Shown one piece after another: positions 24,995 to 37,410 of a stretch of DNA of 64,000 bases (within the stretch, counting starts at the first letter, position 1; the number at the start of each line of letters is the position of its first letter). A model generated the notes under the pieces. It was not told the DNA's origin and searched no databases. It saw nothing but the letters and a program-made list of their open reading frames with translations. The translations under genes and the position numbers were made by a program. The stretch lies in assembly GCA_964016885.1 (NCBI GenBank), contig OZ024766.1, positions 10,416,001-10,480,000 on the forward strand, in the 5' to 3' direction. Source of the DNA: Eledone cirrhosa. Taxonomy: Eukaryota.

Positions 24995-27372
24995 GACTGA
25001 GAGTACAAGACTCCCCCCTGGACAGGACACCAGTCAATCACAGGGTTAAAGTCTGTCTTAGTTTCATTAGTGTTAAGTGACTGAGAGTACAAAACTTCCC
25101 CCTGGACAGGACACCAGTCCATCACAGGGTTAAAGTCTGTCTTAGTTTCATTGGTGTTAAGTGACTGAGAGTACAAGACTTCCCCCTGGACAGGACACCA
25201 GTCCATCACAGGGTTAAAGTCTTAGTTTCACTGGTGTTAAGTGACTGAGAGTACAAGACTCCCCCCTGGACAGGACACTAGTCCATCACAGGGTTAAAGT
25301 CTGTCTTAGTTTCATTGGTGTTAAGTGACTGAGAGTACAAGACTTGCCCCTGGACAGGACACCAGTCTGTCTTAGTTTCATTGGTGTTAAGTGACCGAGA
25401 GTACAAGACTTCCCCCTGGACAGGACACCAGTCCATCACAGGGTTAAAGTCTTAGTTTCACTGGTGTTAAGTGACTGAGAGTACAAGACTCCCCCCTGGA
25501 CAGGACACCAGTCCATCACAGGGTTAAAGTCTGTCTTAGTTTCATTAGTGTTAAGTGACTGAGAGTACAAAACTTCCCCCTGGACAGGACACCAGTCCAT
25601 CACAGGGTTAAAGTCTGTCTTAGTTTCATTGGTGTTAAGTGACTGAGAGTACAAGACTTCCCCCTGGACAGGACACCAGTCCATCACAGGGTTAAAGTCA
25701 TAGTTTCACTGGTGTTAAGTGACTGAGAGTACAAGACTCCCCCCTGGACAGGACACCAGTCCATCACAGGGTTAAAGTCTGTCTTAGTTTCATTAGTGTT
25801 AAGTGACTGAGAGTACAAAACTTCCCCCTGGACAGGACACCAGTCCATCACAGGGTTAAAGTCTGTCTTAGTTTCATTGGTGTTAAGTGACTGAGAGTAC
25901 AAGACTTCCCCCTGGACAGGACACCAGTCCATCACAGGGTTAAAGTCTGTCTTAGTTTCATTAGTGTTAAGTGACTGAGAGTACAAGACTTCCTCCTGGA
26001 CAGGACACCAGTCCATCACAGGGTTAAAGTCTGTCTTAGTTTCATTAGTGTTAAGTGACTGAGAGTACAAAACTTCCCCCTGGACAGGACACCAGTCCAT
26101 CACAGGGTTAAAGTCTGTCTTAGTTTCATTGGTGTTAAATGACTGAGAGTACAAGACTTCCCCCTGGACAGGACACCAGTCCATCACAGGGTTAAAGTCT
26201 GACTTAGTTTCATTAGTGTTAAGTGACTGAGAGTACAAGACTTCCCCCTGGACAGGACACCAGTCCATCACCGGGTTAAAGTCTGTCTTAGTTTCATTGG
26301 TGTTAAGTGACTGAGAGTACAAAACTTCCCCCTGGACAGGACACCAGTCCATCACAGGGTTAAAGTCTGTCTTAGTTTCATTGGTGTTAAGTGACTGAGA
26401 GTACAAGACTTCCCCCTGGACAGGACACCAGTCCACCACAGGGTTAAAGTCTGTCTTAGTTTCATTGGTGTTAAATGACTGAGAGTACAAGACTTCCCCC
26501 TGGACAGGACACCAGTCCATCACAGGGTTAAAGTCTGACTTAGTTTCATTAGTGTTAAGTGACTGAGAGTACAAGACTTCCCCCTGGACAGGACACCAGT
26601 CCATCACCGGGTTAAAGTCTGTCTTAGTTTCATTGGTGTTAAGTGACTGAGAGTACAAAACTTCCCCCTGGACAGGACACCAGTCCATCACAGGGTTAAA
26701 GTCTGTCTTAATTTCATTGGTGTTAAGTGACTGAGAGTACAAGACTTCCCCCTGGACAGGACACCAGTCCACCACAGGGTTAAAGTCTGTCTTAGTTTCA
26801 TTGGTGTTAAGTGACTGAGAGTACAAGACTTCCCCCCTGGACAGGACACCAGTCCATCACAGGGTTAAAGTCTGTCTTAGTTTCATTGGTGTTAAGTGAC
26901 TGAGAGTACAAGACTTCCCCCTGGACAGGACACCAGTCCATCACAGGGTTAAAGTCTGCCTTAGTTTCATTGGTGTTAAGTGACTGAGAGTACAAGACTT
27001 CCCGCTGGACAGGACACCAGTCTATCACAGGGTTAAAGTCTGTCTTAGTTTCATTGGTGTTAAGTGACTGAGAGTACAAGACTTCCCGCTGGACAGGACA
27101 CCAGTCCATCACAGGGTTAAAGTCTGTCTTAGTTTCATTGGTGTTAAGTGACTGAGAGTACAAGACTTCCTCCTGGACAGGACACCAGTCCATCACAGGG
27201 TTAAAGTCTGTCTTAGTTTCATTGGTGTTAAGTGACTGAGAGTACAAGACTTCCCCCTGGACAGGACACCAGTCCATCACAGGGTTAAAGTCTGTCTTAG
27301 TTTCATTGGTGTTAAGTGACTGAGATTACAAGACTTCCCCCTGGACAGGACACCAGTCCATCACAGGGTTAA
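24995..27372 (-). repeat. 84-bp tandem array (~28 copies) amplified from a SINE 3' part
   Basis: Period 84 (24995, 25079). Unit contains gatggactggtgtcctgtccagggg and is contiguous with the SINE head. Confidence 0.95.
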
Positions 27373-27530
27373 ACCCCCAGCTATTGCTGGTACACATTTA
27401 CAGCTGAGTATACTGGAGCAAAGTGAAATGATGTGTTTTGCTCAAGAACACAACACACAACCCAGGAATCGAACCCACGACCTTATGATCGTAACTCCAG
27501 CACCTTTACCACTAGGCCACATGCTTCCAT
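27373..27530 (-). mobile_element. tRNA-derived SINE head and core leading into the 84-bp array
   Basis: Minus strand gcatgtggcctagtggtaaagg...gggttcgattcctgg...cttgagcaaaacac. Confidence 0.85.
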
Positions 27531-27863
27531 ATATATGTATACATATATATATATATACTTTGGGAGGGTCATTCAAAACCGAAATATATATCCAGAGTGT
27601 GTAGCGTGAAGTTACTGTAGGTTCACCTGGGTGAGTACTCAATGTTTAGGCTCAATCAGTGGCGAGGTGTAGAGCTAGACAGAGTGTAATATATTAATAC
27701 AAGGACGATTTGTTAAGACTTCATTACGTTTATTGGTTGGTGATGCATGTTTTGCTATTGATCATCTCAAGGTTTGATCCATATCGATCTTGCCCAACTC
27801 TGGTATCAAAAGCTCGTCGGACCCCTGTTGTAATGACACAATGTTGGGGGTTATGTAGATAGA

Positions 27864-28878
27864 CAGGGTGCATAAGGTATTTGAGGACAGATTTATGTTT
27901 ATAGAAAAACAGATATGTAATAAGAGATAACTTAATTATTGAAAAATGGTAAAAGCATAAAAAAAAACATGATCTTTTTTATAATTTTAGTCAATAAAAC
28001 CATCTTTAGCTTCAATAACTGTCTCTATACATGATTGAAATCGTCTACATTCTCGAATGAAATGGTCCTAGTTTATATTAGACATTACTTTCAAAGAATC
28101 TTTGGTATTATAGGGGTATTATTGACCTCTCGCTTAACAATGCTTTACCCTTAGTAGTCAATGGATAAAGATCTTGGAAGTTAAGAGGCCAAATGTTAGG
28201 GGTTATGTGATCATAAGAGCATTTGAAAAAATCATCTTTTTTTAATAATTTTAGTCAATAAAACCACCTTTAGCTTCCATAACTGCTTCTATGAGAGATT
28301 GAAATCATCTCATCATTTTACGTCCACTTTTTCCCTGCTTGCAAGAGTGGGACGGGTCCTATTCAGCACAGCATCTCTCCACTTGCTACGGCCTTTCGTC
28401 ATCTCCTCGGTGAGTTTCAGCGATCTGAGATCTGCTCTCATCACCTCCGCCCATGTTTTCCGTGGTCTACCTCTACTGCTTCTTCCTTCTACTGGGATCT
28501 CTTGGCACTTCTTTATCCAACGGTCATCCTCCATGTCCATACCATCTCCTGTTCGAATTAAATGGTTCTAGTTTATATTGGACATTTCTCTGTCTATGGT
28601 GGCTTTCAAAGGATCTTTGGTGTTATTGACCTCTCGTTTAACAATGCTTTACCCTTAGTAGTCCAATGGTTTGAGATCTTTGGAGTTTGGAGGCCAAATG
28701 TGAGGGGTTATGTGATCATGAAAATGTTCAGCCATTCATTCCTGTGATACCCGAGCATTGTGAGATGGTGGAGTGTCTTGCTGAAGCACATAAGGCCTAT
28801 TTCCAGGGTCTCAATATAGGCAGCTGATTTAACTCTAAGGCCTTGGGGAAAGAAGTGAGGAGTCATCAAATGTCCTTC
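27864..28878 (-). mobile_element. Tc1/mariner transposase remnant, rearranged, with RTE tail inserted at ~28305-28540
   Basis: VLQQDTPPSHNAR...HITPHIWPPNSKDLKPLDY; terminus cagggtgc at 27864. Confidence 0.78.
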
Positions 28879-29214
28879 ATTGCTGTATATATTGGGAGCA
28901 CCGATGGGGGACAGGGAATTCTGGGGCATGAGAGTGAGATCCATCATCTCGACAGTAATCGACGAGTGATGATGATGATGATATATTGTATAAATAGTCC
29001 CAGAACTCCTGATAGAGTCGTAGGGAAAAGATTTTCAGCGGGGCTTTGTACCACTGGGAAACCCTTTGATTAAAATGAAATATACTTATCCAAGTACCCT
29101 GGGCAATGTAGTTTGGCAATATATATGGTTATGGGGGTCTATCTCCAAAACCATAGGAGGAGTTCGTGAACAAACAAACAAACAGACAGACAGGAACTAC
29201 AACTTTATATATTC

Positions 29215-29545
29215 ATTTCATTTCATTTTATGTCCACTTTTCCCTGCTTGCAAGGGTGGGATGGGAACTGATTCTGGCTTGATTTCTACAGCTGGATGCC
29301 CTTCCTAACACCAACCTCATTTACAGTGAGTGCTGGGTGCTTTCTTGCCGTGGCACCTCCACAACCACTTTACAGTGGAATGATAGGGACCCCAGTCCCT
29401 ATCATCTCATTTCTACAGCTGAGTAAACTGGAGCAATGTGAAATAAAGCGTCTTGCTCAAGGAAACAACACATCACCCGGTCTGAGAATTGAACTCACAA
29501 CCTTTCGAATGTAAGGCCAATGTTCTAACCACTAAGCCATGTGCC
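29215..29545 (-). mobile_element. Full-length tRNA-derived SINE, family B (RTE-type tail)
   Basis: Head cacatggcttagtggttaga...gagttcaattctc; tail cccacccttgcaagcagggaaaagtggac. Confidence 0.9.
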
Positions 29546-29684
29546 TATATATATATATATATAAAAGGAGATTAATATCCCCACAGGTACAAAGTACCCC
29601 TGGAAATATATAAGGTGTCTATGATACAGTGGTTGTTCTATAGTATTAATTTGACATACCAGAACTATAAAATTGAGATAAGCG

Positions 29685-30025
29685 GAGCATGCCCACAAAG
29701 TAAGAAAACAGCACAGCTCCCATGACTTTCGGAAACATTTTTTCACGCTCAGAGTTGCTGAAGCATGGAACAAACTACCTGCATCTGTTGTTAGCTGTCG
29801 AGACACTGCATCCTTTAAAACCTCCATGGTACAAACTACCTGCATCAGTTGTTAGCTGTCGAGACACTGCATCCTTTAAGGCCTCCATGCTTCCCGAGAT
29901 CCGCTAACACATACACACATGTACTTCCCTGACATTTGTGTATTATTCTATGTACTATACATACACCTTTGACGAGTTGTAGGGCACCTGAGCACTTTAC
30001 ACAATAATTTCATTATTATTATTAT
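29685..30025 (+). mobile_element. CR1 3' end with 2 x 61-bp repeat and (ATT)n tail
   Basis: Same family as 13245-14110. Confidence 0.88.
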
Positions 30026-30287
30026 AAGTAAGTGGCAGTATTGGTAGAGTGTCGAATGCCATGCTTTGGCGCATAGAGTTACGGCCCTTGCCATTCTGAG
30101 TTCAAATCCTGCCGAGGTGAACTTTGCCTTTCATCCTTACGGGGTCGATAAAATAAAGTACCAGTAATACACTGGGTAATTGCTGGCATTGTGCCTAACG
30201 TAGAAACAATTATTTTTATAAGTAAGATTGAAACAATTTTTTTAAAATAAATTAAAAAATATAATTTAAATATTTACCTATTCCATT

Positions 30288-30369
30288 TGCTTTTACCGAC
30301 GGTTTCACCTCACAAAAGATTGGAGGTCCCTAGGGACTCCAATGGAAATGTTCGGATCATCAGAGAGCA
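30288..30369 (-). ncRNA. Hammerhead ribozyme motif inside the inverted-repeat element at ~30220-30572
   Basis: tgctct CTGATGA [long stem II including ttggag-tccct/aggga-ctccaa] GAAA ccgtcgg TA aaagca; GUA site; stem I has a mismatch. Confidence 0.55.
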
Positions 30370-30966
30370 TTTTCCTTACCTAGGACAAAAGTCCCAGGAA
30401 CGGCAAAATATATTGCCACCTGCCAGCTAGCACAGGATCGAATGAGGCCGTAAACTTTATGTTTACAGGGATCTCCAATCTTTTGTAAAGTGAAACCGTC
30501 GGTAAATGGAGTAGATAAATATTTAAATTATATTTTTAAATTTATTTTAAAAAAATTGTTTTAATTTTACTTGCTCCACTTATCTCAATTTTATATATAT
30601 ATATAAAATTTTTGATACTTATATTATTTCTCCACACACAGGCTATAACAATCATATAAAGAATTCATTACCAGATCAACCCCCTTAACACTCTTGATTA
30701 CTTGCTTAAGTGCTTCTATTACACGTAACTCTCTGCCACACTATATAAACAAGACGCACGTGCTTGCCACACGTATAACCATTGCACTCTATAACCGCTT
30801 AATTTCATGTTGTATTTTGATTGTATCTTTTAATATGAATGTAATCTCTAAATGTGTACTACCACACTAAATGCTGTAATGAATGTTGACCCACAATATT
30901 TGCATATGTATCTGTATGTCTCTTGGGTGAAAAGGAGGTCATATAAGTGTTCATTCAATAATAAAT

Positions 30967-31013
30967 TGCTCCGAAGAATCCAAACCTCGGTTTGAAGGAA
31001 ACAGTTGTAAGCA
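30967..31013 (+). ncRNA. Hammerhead-like motif with variant core (CCGAAGA)
   Basis: tgct CCGAAGA atc caaacc tc ggtttg aag GAAA cagttg TA agca; U4>C change, possibly inactive. Confidence 0.45.
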
Positions 31014-31205
31014 TAAAAATGTTTTGAACAGTTCTTTGATTCTTATAATTCATATATATATATATATATATGCAGAGGTTATATTTAATTTGTTGGGATT
31101 CAACAAGCTTAAACATTTTTATAACTGATATAAAGCACTCAACAGATTAGTGGAGTAAATATACAATATATTAACAAATGGAAACTATATTTATAAAACC
31201 ATATC

Positions 31206-31271
31206 TATTTTATTATACATATTTCAAGGGCCACCAAGGCAAATTATAGTGTGCTTTCATCAGATAAAATA
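31206..31271 (-). ncRNA. Hammerhead motif, left arm of the 350-bp palindrome
   Basis: tattttat CTGATGA aag...ctt GAAA tatgta TA ataaaata; 8-bp stem I. Confidence 0.6.
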
Positions 31272-31401
31272 CAATACAGATTGTTTTATAAATAAATATT
31301 GACATACCCTGAAAAAAAGACAACCTTAACGGCTGGAGTTTCCTGGAAACTCCAGCCGTTAAGGGTATGTCAATATTTATTTATAAAACAAATCTGTATT
31401 G

Positions 31402-31467
31402 TATTTTATCTGATGAAAGTGTACCATAATTTACCTTGGTGGCCCTTGAAATATGTATAATAAAATA
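31402..31467 (+). ncRNA. Hammerhead motif, right arm of the 350-bp palindrome
   Basis: tattttat CTGATGA aag...ctt GAAA tatgta TA ataaaata; AUA site, self-complementary stem III. Confidence 0.6.
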
Positions 31468-31510
31468 GATATGGTTTTATAAATATAGTTTCCATTTGTT
31501 AATATATTGT

Positions 31511-31838
31511 ACATGGCTTAGTGGTTAGAGCATTGGCCTTGCAATCGAAAGGTTGGAGTTCAATTCTCAGACCGGGTGATATGTTGTTTCCTTGAGCAAG
31601 ACACTTTATTTCACATTGCTCCAGTTTACTCAGCTATAGAAATGAGATGATAGGGACTGGGCTCCCTATCATTCCACTGCAAAGTGGTTGTGGAGGTGCC
31701 ATGGCAAAAAAGCACCCAGCACTCACTGTAAATGAGGTTGGTGTTAGGAAGGGCATCCAGCTGTAGAAATCAACCCAGAATCAGTTCCCGTCCCACCCTT
31801 GGAAGCAGGGTAAAAGCGGACGTAAAATGATGATGATG
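31511..31838 (+). mobile_element. Family-B SINE
   Basis: Head acatggcttagtggttagagc; tail ...ggacgtaaaatgatgatgatg. Confidence 0.9.
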
Positions 31839-32364
31839 TCCACCGAATATAAAATGTGAACCTTTACTACTGAGGGGTAAACAGTGAAACTGCCTGCCTA
31901 ACACTTGTTATACACCACTTACCATAACTCTAGCAGCCCAGGAGCCTAAAAATATCTCTCACAACAGTTAAAATATATATATATATTTTTTTTTTAAACT
32001 GTTGGTCAATCAATGATAAACATTGGTTGCCAGCTAAATTAACTATAGAGATATAAAATATACAGAAGTGAAAACCAATCTAAACCAAACAGTGAGTGTG
32101 TTTTATTATATATTTCTGGCAATATTATAACAATATGACCCTCCCAAAATATAACAATATTTGTTTCAACACAATTTCATATAAAAAATCTAAAACAAAT
32201 TCATCGCCGTCATATATATATATTGTATATAGTGTGTGTCTGCTTTAATTCCTTTAAATCTTCATGAACACTCCTTCACTCTCACACCCATTAACACCAC
32301 ACCCCAGACACATCCAAACCTCTCATATATATATAGAGTCACACATCACAACACAACCTGATCT

Positions 32365-32702
32365 CAGTTTTGATAATCGCCACCGATGAGTACGAGAAAG
32401 TTCTCCAAAGAAAGTTAACCAGGAATCTTTAAAAATCTTCTCACCGAAGTTAACAAAGAACTTACTAGATCTACCAACTCATAATATTATAATATTATGA
32501 GTTGGTAGATCTAGTAAGTTCTTTGTTAACTTTGGTGGGAAGATTTTTAAAGATTCCTGGTTAACTTTCCTGGAGAACAGTTTGACAATCGCCACCGACT
32601 AATGCGAGAAAGTTCTCCAAAGAAAGTTAACCAAGAATCTTTAAAAATCTTCTCACCGAAGTTAACAAAGAACTTACTACATCTACCAACTCATAATATT
32701 AT
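32365..32702. repeat. Direct-inverted-direct triplication with spacerless palindrome
   Basis: Palindrome 32400-32578 centred at 32489|32490; third copy 32578-32702. Confidence 0.9.
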
Positions 32703-33242
32703 CTCCTTATAATATATAACCAGCAATTTCTCTGTGTCTGTCCGACGCGTAGAGAGAGAGTGAGAGTGAAAGAAAGAAACAGACTACAAGAGGGGGATAG
32801 CGGGAGGGAGAGAGAGACGCTGGAAGAGGGGGATAGCGGGAGGGAGGGAGAGAGAGAGAGGGACGCTGCAAGAGGGGGATAGCGGGAGGGAGAGAGAGAG
32901 AGACGCTGGAAGAGGGGAAGGAAAGCTATGTCTTGTTGTCTGCATTACGATACATATATATATACACACACACACACTGAGCGCGTCATAATGACGTAAT
33001 ACAGACATACAGACAGATATTATAAGGGTACAACGTTATATCTATGTATCTATCTAAAAAGAAAGACTAAGAATTATATAGAGAGAACGCTAAATCGCCT
33101 AATGCGGTCCCTAAGGCATTGAAAATTTGAAATCATTTTTGCTCAAAACACTCACAGGACCATAAGTATTACATGTCTAAAGTTTGAAAACAATCGGTTG
33201 GATGGTTCTCAAGTTTTAGTGAGCTGACAGACAGACAGATGT

Positions 33243-33560
33243 CTGTCTGTCTGTCTGTGCACAAATACTAGGCTCCTTTTAACTTTTTAAGTACTAGGCC
33301 GATTTCAACCAAATTTGGCACACGTATTGCTTCTATGCCAGAGCAAATTTGAAAAAATTCGATATTGGGGCCGAAAAATCGTGTGTGTATCTGTCTGTGT
33401 ACAAATACTAGGCTCCTTTTAACTTTTGAAGTACTAGGCCGATTGGGCACGTGCTATTGAGCTGACATGCACTCAGAAATTGCTAGCTAAGCCATAAACG
33501 ACCTTGAACAATTCAGGCTGTCATTCATTTCCTGAGCAACGCCGGGTACATCTGCTAGTA
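33243..33560 (+). mobile_element. Helitron-like non-autonomous element
   Basis: (tctg)n start, ccgatttcaaccaaatttggcaca, 3' weak hairpin cctgagcaacgccggg followed by ctgCTAGT. Confidence 0.6.
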
Positions 33561-33680
33561 ATATTATAAAAAGTGAAGTCATTCTTTTCCTTTTTTTTTC
33601 AAATATATATATATGAAGTATTTTCGTAGGAAGGGTAAAGGAAAGGAGAGTGCTCGATGTATGCTACAGAGCTCTTAAAT

Positions 33681-33753
33681 TTTCATTCTGATGAGCGATT
33701 TCAGACGTCTCTGTTGGGCTCGTCTGTCTTCGTGAAACCTTTGGTAAATGGAA
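33681..33753 (+). ncRNA. Type-I hammerhead ribozyme motif
   Basis: tttcatt CTGATGA gcga..cagacg....cgtctg..tcgt GAAA cc ttt gg TA aatggaa; all three stems form; GUA site at 33746. Confidence 0.78.
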
Positions 33754-34029
33754 TAATTGTCTTATGTTGTTTATTATATATACATACATACATACATACA
33801 CATGAGCTTAGCTGGTCTTGCTTGGGCATCCAGCCAGATCAGTTGGGGACGGTTACTTCTGACAGGACCTTACTTTGTCCCCATGACCCTCTCAGGAATA
33901 AATGGGCGAAGAAGTATTTTTTCAGTAAAATTATTTTGTTTTATTTATTTACAAAAATGTTGTTCTTTTCTTCTTAACATCCTGTAAAGATTTAGCATAA
34001 AATGTCTAAAAACGCAGATTCTTTAATTC

Positions 34030-35302
34030 AAATGTTTATAGTATCTTTACTAGTGGACAGATTGTTGTGAAAATTTACTGTATTACAGTAAAGACTAATA
34101 TTTAATGTGATGTAGTCATAGTGTTGTTTTGTACTAAATGTTTATAGTATCTTTACTGGTGGACAGATTGTTGTTAAAATTTGTAGTATTAAAGTAAAGA
34201 CTTTAATACTAAATGTGATGTAGTCATAGTGTTGTTTTGTACTAAATGTTTATAGTATCTTTACTAGTGGACAGATTGTTGTGAAAATTTATAGTATTAC
34301 AGTAAAGACTTTAATATTTAATGTGATGTAGTCATAGTGTTGTTTTGTACTAAATGTTTATAGTATCTTTACTAGTGGACAGATTGTTGTGAAAATTTAT
34401 AGTATTACAGTAAAGACTTTAATATTTAATGTGATGTAGTCATAGTGTTGTTTTGTACTAAATGTTTATAGTATCTTTACTGGTGGACAGATTGTTGTGA
34501 AAATTTACTGTATTACAGTAAAGACTAATATTTAATGTGATGTAGTCATAGTGTTGTTTTGTACTAAATGTTTATAGTATCTTTACTGGTGGACAGATTG
34601 TTGTTAAAATTTGTAGTATTAAAGTAAAGACTTTAATACTAAATGTGATGTAGTCATAGTGTTGTTTTGTACTAAATGTTTATAGTATCTTTACTAGTGG
34701 ACAGATTGTTGTGAAAATTTATAGTATTACAGTAAAGACTTTAATATTTAATGTGATGTAGTCATAGTGTTGTTTTGTACTAAATGTTTATAGTATCTTT
34801 ACTAGTGGACAGATTGTTGTGAAAATTTATAGTATTACAGTAAAGACTTTAATATTTAATGTGATGTAGTCATAGTGTTGTTTTGTACTAAATGTTTATA
34901 GTATCTTTACTGGTGGACAGATTGTTGTGAAAATTTACAGTCTTACAGTAAAGACTTTAATATTTAACGTGATGTAGTCATAGTGTTGTTTTGTACTAAA
35001 TGTTTATAGTATCTTTACTGGTGGACAGATTGTTGTGAAAATTTACAGTCTTACAGTAAAGACTTTAATATTTAACGTGATGTAGTCATAGTGTTGTTTT
35101 GTACTAAATGTTTATAGTATCTTTACTGGTGGACAGATTGTTCTGAAAATTTACAGTCTTACAGTAAAGACTTTAATATTTAATGTGATGTAGTCATAGT
35201 GTTGTTTTGTACTAAATGTTTATAGTATCTTTACTGGTGGACAGATTGTTGTGAAAATTTACAGTATTACAGTAAAGACTTTAATATTTAATGTGATGTA
35301 GT
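34030..35302 (+). repeat. 108-bp tandem repeat (~12 copies) with a 431-bp block duplication
   Basis: Period 108 (34243, 34351); variant pairs 431 bp apart (34090/34521, 34172/34603). Confidence 0.95.
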
Positions 35303-35341
35303 AATTGAGTTGTCTTGACACCCAGTTACTTTTCTAACGTG

Positions 35342-35376
<35 letters not shown>

Positions 35377-35419
35377 CTGTTTGTTTTTTCTACCTCTGAG
35401 GTGTTCTCAACCACCATTG

Positions 35420-36135
35420 AGATAAACTTTGTTTTAAGGTTCATAAATAAATACCAGCATCCTACTGGAGATTTGATATTCCCACCGAGATCATCTTCGT
35501 CCTTCCTTCTTTTGAGGCTAATAAATAAAGTACCAGTGACATACTGGAGTGAATTCTTCTTCTGAGGCCATTATTGTCATTTTATTTGTTATAATGTTGA
35601 GAAATAAAATACCAGTGATACACTGAGGATGGTGACACTACCTCCTGGTAACAACTGTACTGTATATTGATATAATGTTGATTTAGTACCAGTGATATTC
35701 TGGGGATTGTGATACTACCTCCTAGTAACAACAGTACTGTATATTGATAGAATGTTGATATACAAAGTACCAGTGATATACTGGGGTTGATTCTTCCTCT
35801 GGTATCAACTTTGTCTTATTGTTATAATGTTGATAAGATACCAGTTATACACTGGGGCTGGTTTATCCACTCATGTCAACTACATTTTTATCATTTTAAG
35901 GTTGATAACTAAAATACCAGTGATTCACTGGAGACTGATTCTTCCTCTGGTATCAACTTAGTGTTTTAAGGTTGATAACTAAAATACCAGTGATACACTG
36001 GGACTGGTTTATCCTCTCATGTCAGCTGTACATTTTATCGTTTTATGGTTGATATTTCCATGAAGATCAACAAAGTCCTCCTTTCTTTCGAGGTTAATAT
36101 TTAAAGTACCAGTGCTCCTTTGGTACTTTATTTAG
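35420..36135 (+). repeat. Old degenerate array resembling the family-A SINE core
   Basis: aaataccagtgatacactggg-like motif recurs about every 60-80 bp. Confidence 0.55.
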
Positions 36136-36139
36136 GGGT

Positions 36140-37370
36140 TTCGTTTAAGGTGCGGTTTAGGGATAGGGTAAGTGTGTGGTTGGCTGGTTGATAGGTTGGG
36201 TTAGGGATAGGGTAAGTGTGGCTGGTTGATAGGTTGGGTTATGGCCTAGGGTGAGGAATAGGGTAAGTGTGGCTGGTTGATAGGTTGGGTTATGGCCTAG
36301 GGTGAGGGATAGGGTAAGTGTGGCTGGTTGATAGGTTGGGTTATGGCCTAGGGTGAGGGATAGGGTAAGTGTGGCTGGTTTAGGGTGAGGGATAGGATTT
36401 CGTGTGTGACTAGGTGGTTGGTTGGGTTAGGGTTCAGGTTGGTATGTAGCTGGTTGGGTGTGTAGGTTTAAGGTTATGGTTAGGGTTAAGGTTAGGGTTA
36501 GGTTTAAGGTTAGGGTTAAGGTTAGGTTTAAGGTTATGGTTAGGATTAAGGTTAGGGTTAAGGTTAGGTTTAAGGTTATGGTTTAAGGTTATGGTTAAGG
36601 TTAGGTTTAAGGTTATGGTTAGGGTTAGGGTTAAGGTTAGGTTTAAGGTTAGGGTTAAGTTTAAGGTTAGGGTTAGGTTTAAGGTTAGGTTTAAGGTTAT
36701 GGTTAGGGTTAGGGTTAAGGTAAGGGTTAGGTTTAAGGTAAGGGTTAGGTTTAAGGTAAGGGTTAGGTTTAAGGTTAGGGTTAAGTTTAAGGTTAGGGTT
36801 AGGTTTAAGGTTATGGTTAAGGGTTAAGGTTAGGTTTAAGGTTAGGATTAGGGTTAAGGTTAGGGTTAAGGTAAGGGTTAGGTTTAAGTTAGGGTTAAGG
36901 TTAGGGTTAAGGTTAGGATTAGGGTTAAGGTTAAGGTTAGGGTTAAGGTAAGGGTTAGGTTTAAGGTTAGGGTTAGGGTTAGGTTTAAGGTTAGGGTTAA
37001 GGTTATGGTTAGGGTTAGGGTTAAGGTTATGGTTAGGGTTAAGGGTTAAGGTTAGGGTTAAGGTTAGGGTTAAGGGTTAAGGTTAGGGTTAAGGTTAGGG
37101 TTAAGGTTAAGGGTTAAGGTTAGGGTTAAGGTTAGGGTTAAGGTTAGGGTTAAGGTTAGGGTTAAGGGTTAGGGTTAAGGTTAGGGTTAAGGTTAAGGTT
37201 AGGATATGGTTAGGGTTAAGGTTTAAGGTTATGGTTAGGGTTAGGGTTAAGGTTAGGGTTATGGTTAGGGTTAAGGTTTGGGTTAGTGTTAAGATTCAGG
37301 TTAGGGATAGGGCTACTATGTTGCTTGTTGGTTGGGTGGGTTAGGGTTATATCTAAGGTTAAGGTTTAGG
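36140..37370 (+). repeat. Telomere-like TTAGGG/TTAAGG degenerate array, preceded by a ~59-bp repeat
   Basis: Mixed ttaggg, ttaagg and ttatgg hexamers at 36470-37310. Confidence 0.9.
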
Positions 37371-37410
37371 AATAGTGTGTGATGGAGGGGAAGGGCCCAG
37401 ACTCAGCATT

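Noticed and set aside
24970-27280. MDWCPVQG repeat ORFs; CRISPR-like periodicity
   Set aside because: SINE-derived 84-bp array without unique spacers; eukaryotic DNA and no cas genes.
31511-31575. tRNA gene (GCA anticodon-like)
   Set aside because: It is the head of a multi-copy SINE that continues into a SINE body; poor acceptor stem.
36470-37310. True chromosome end
   Set aside because: Degenerate, internal, and flanked by unique sequence on both sides.
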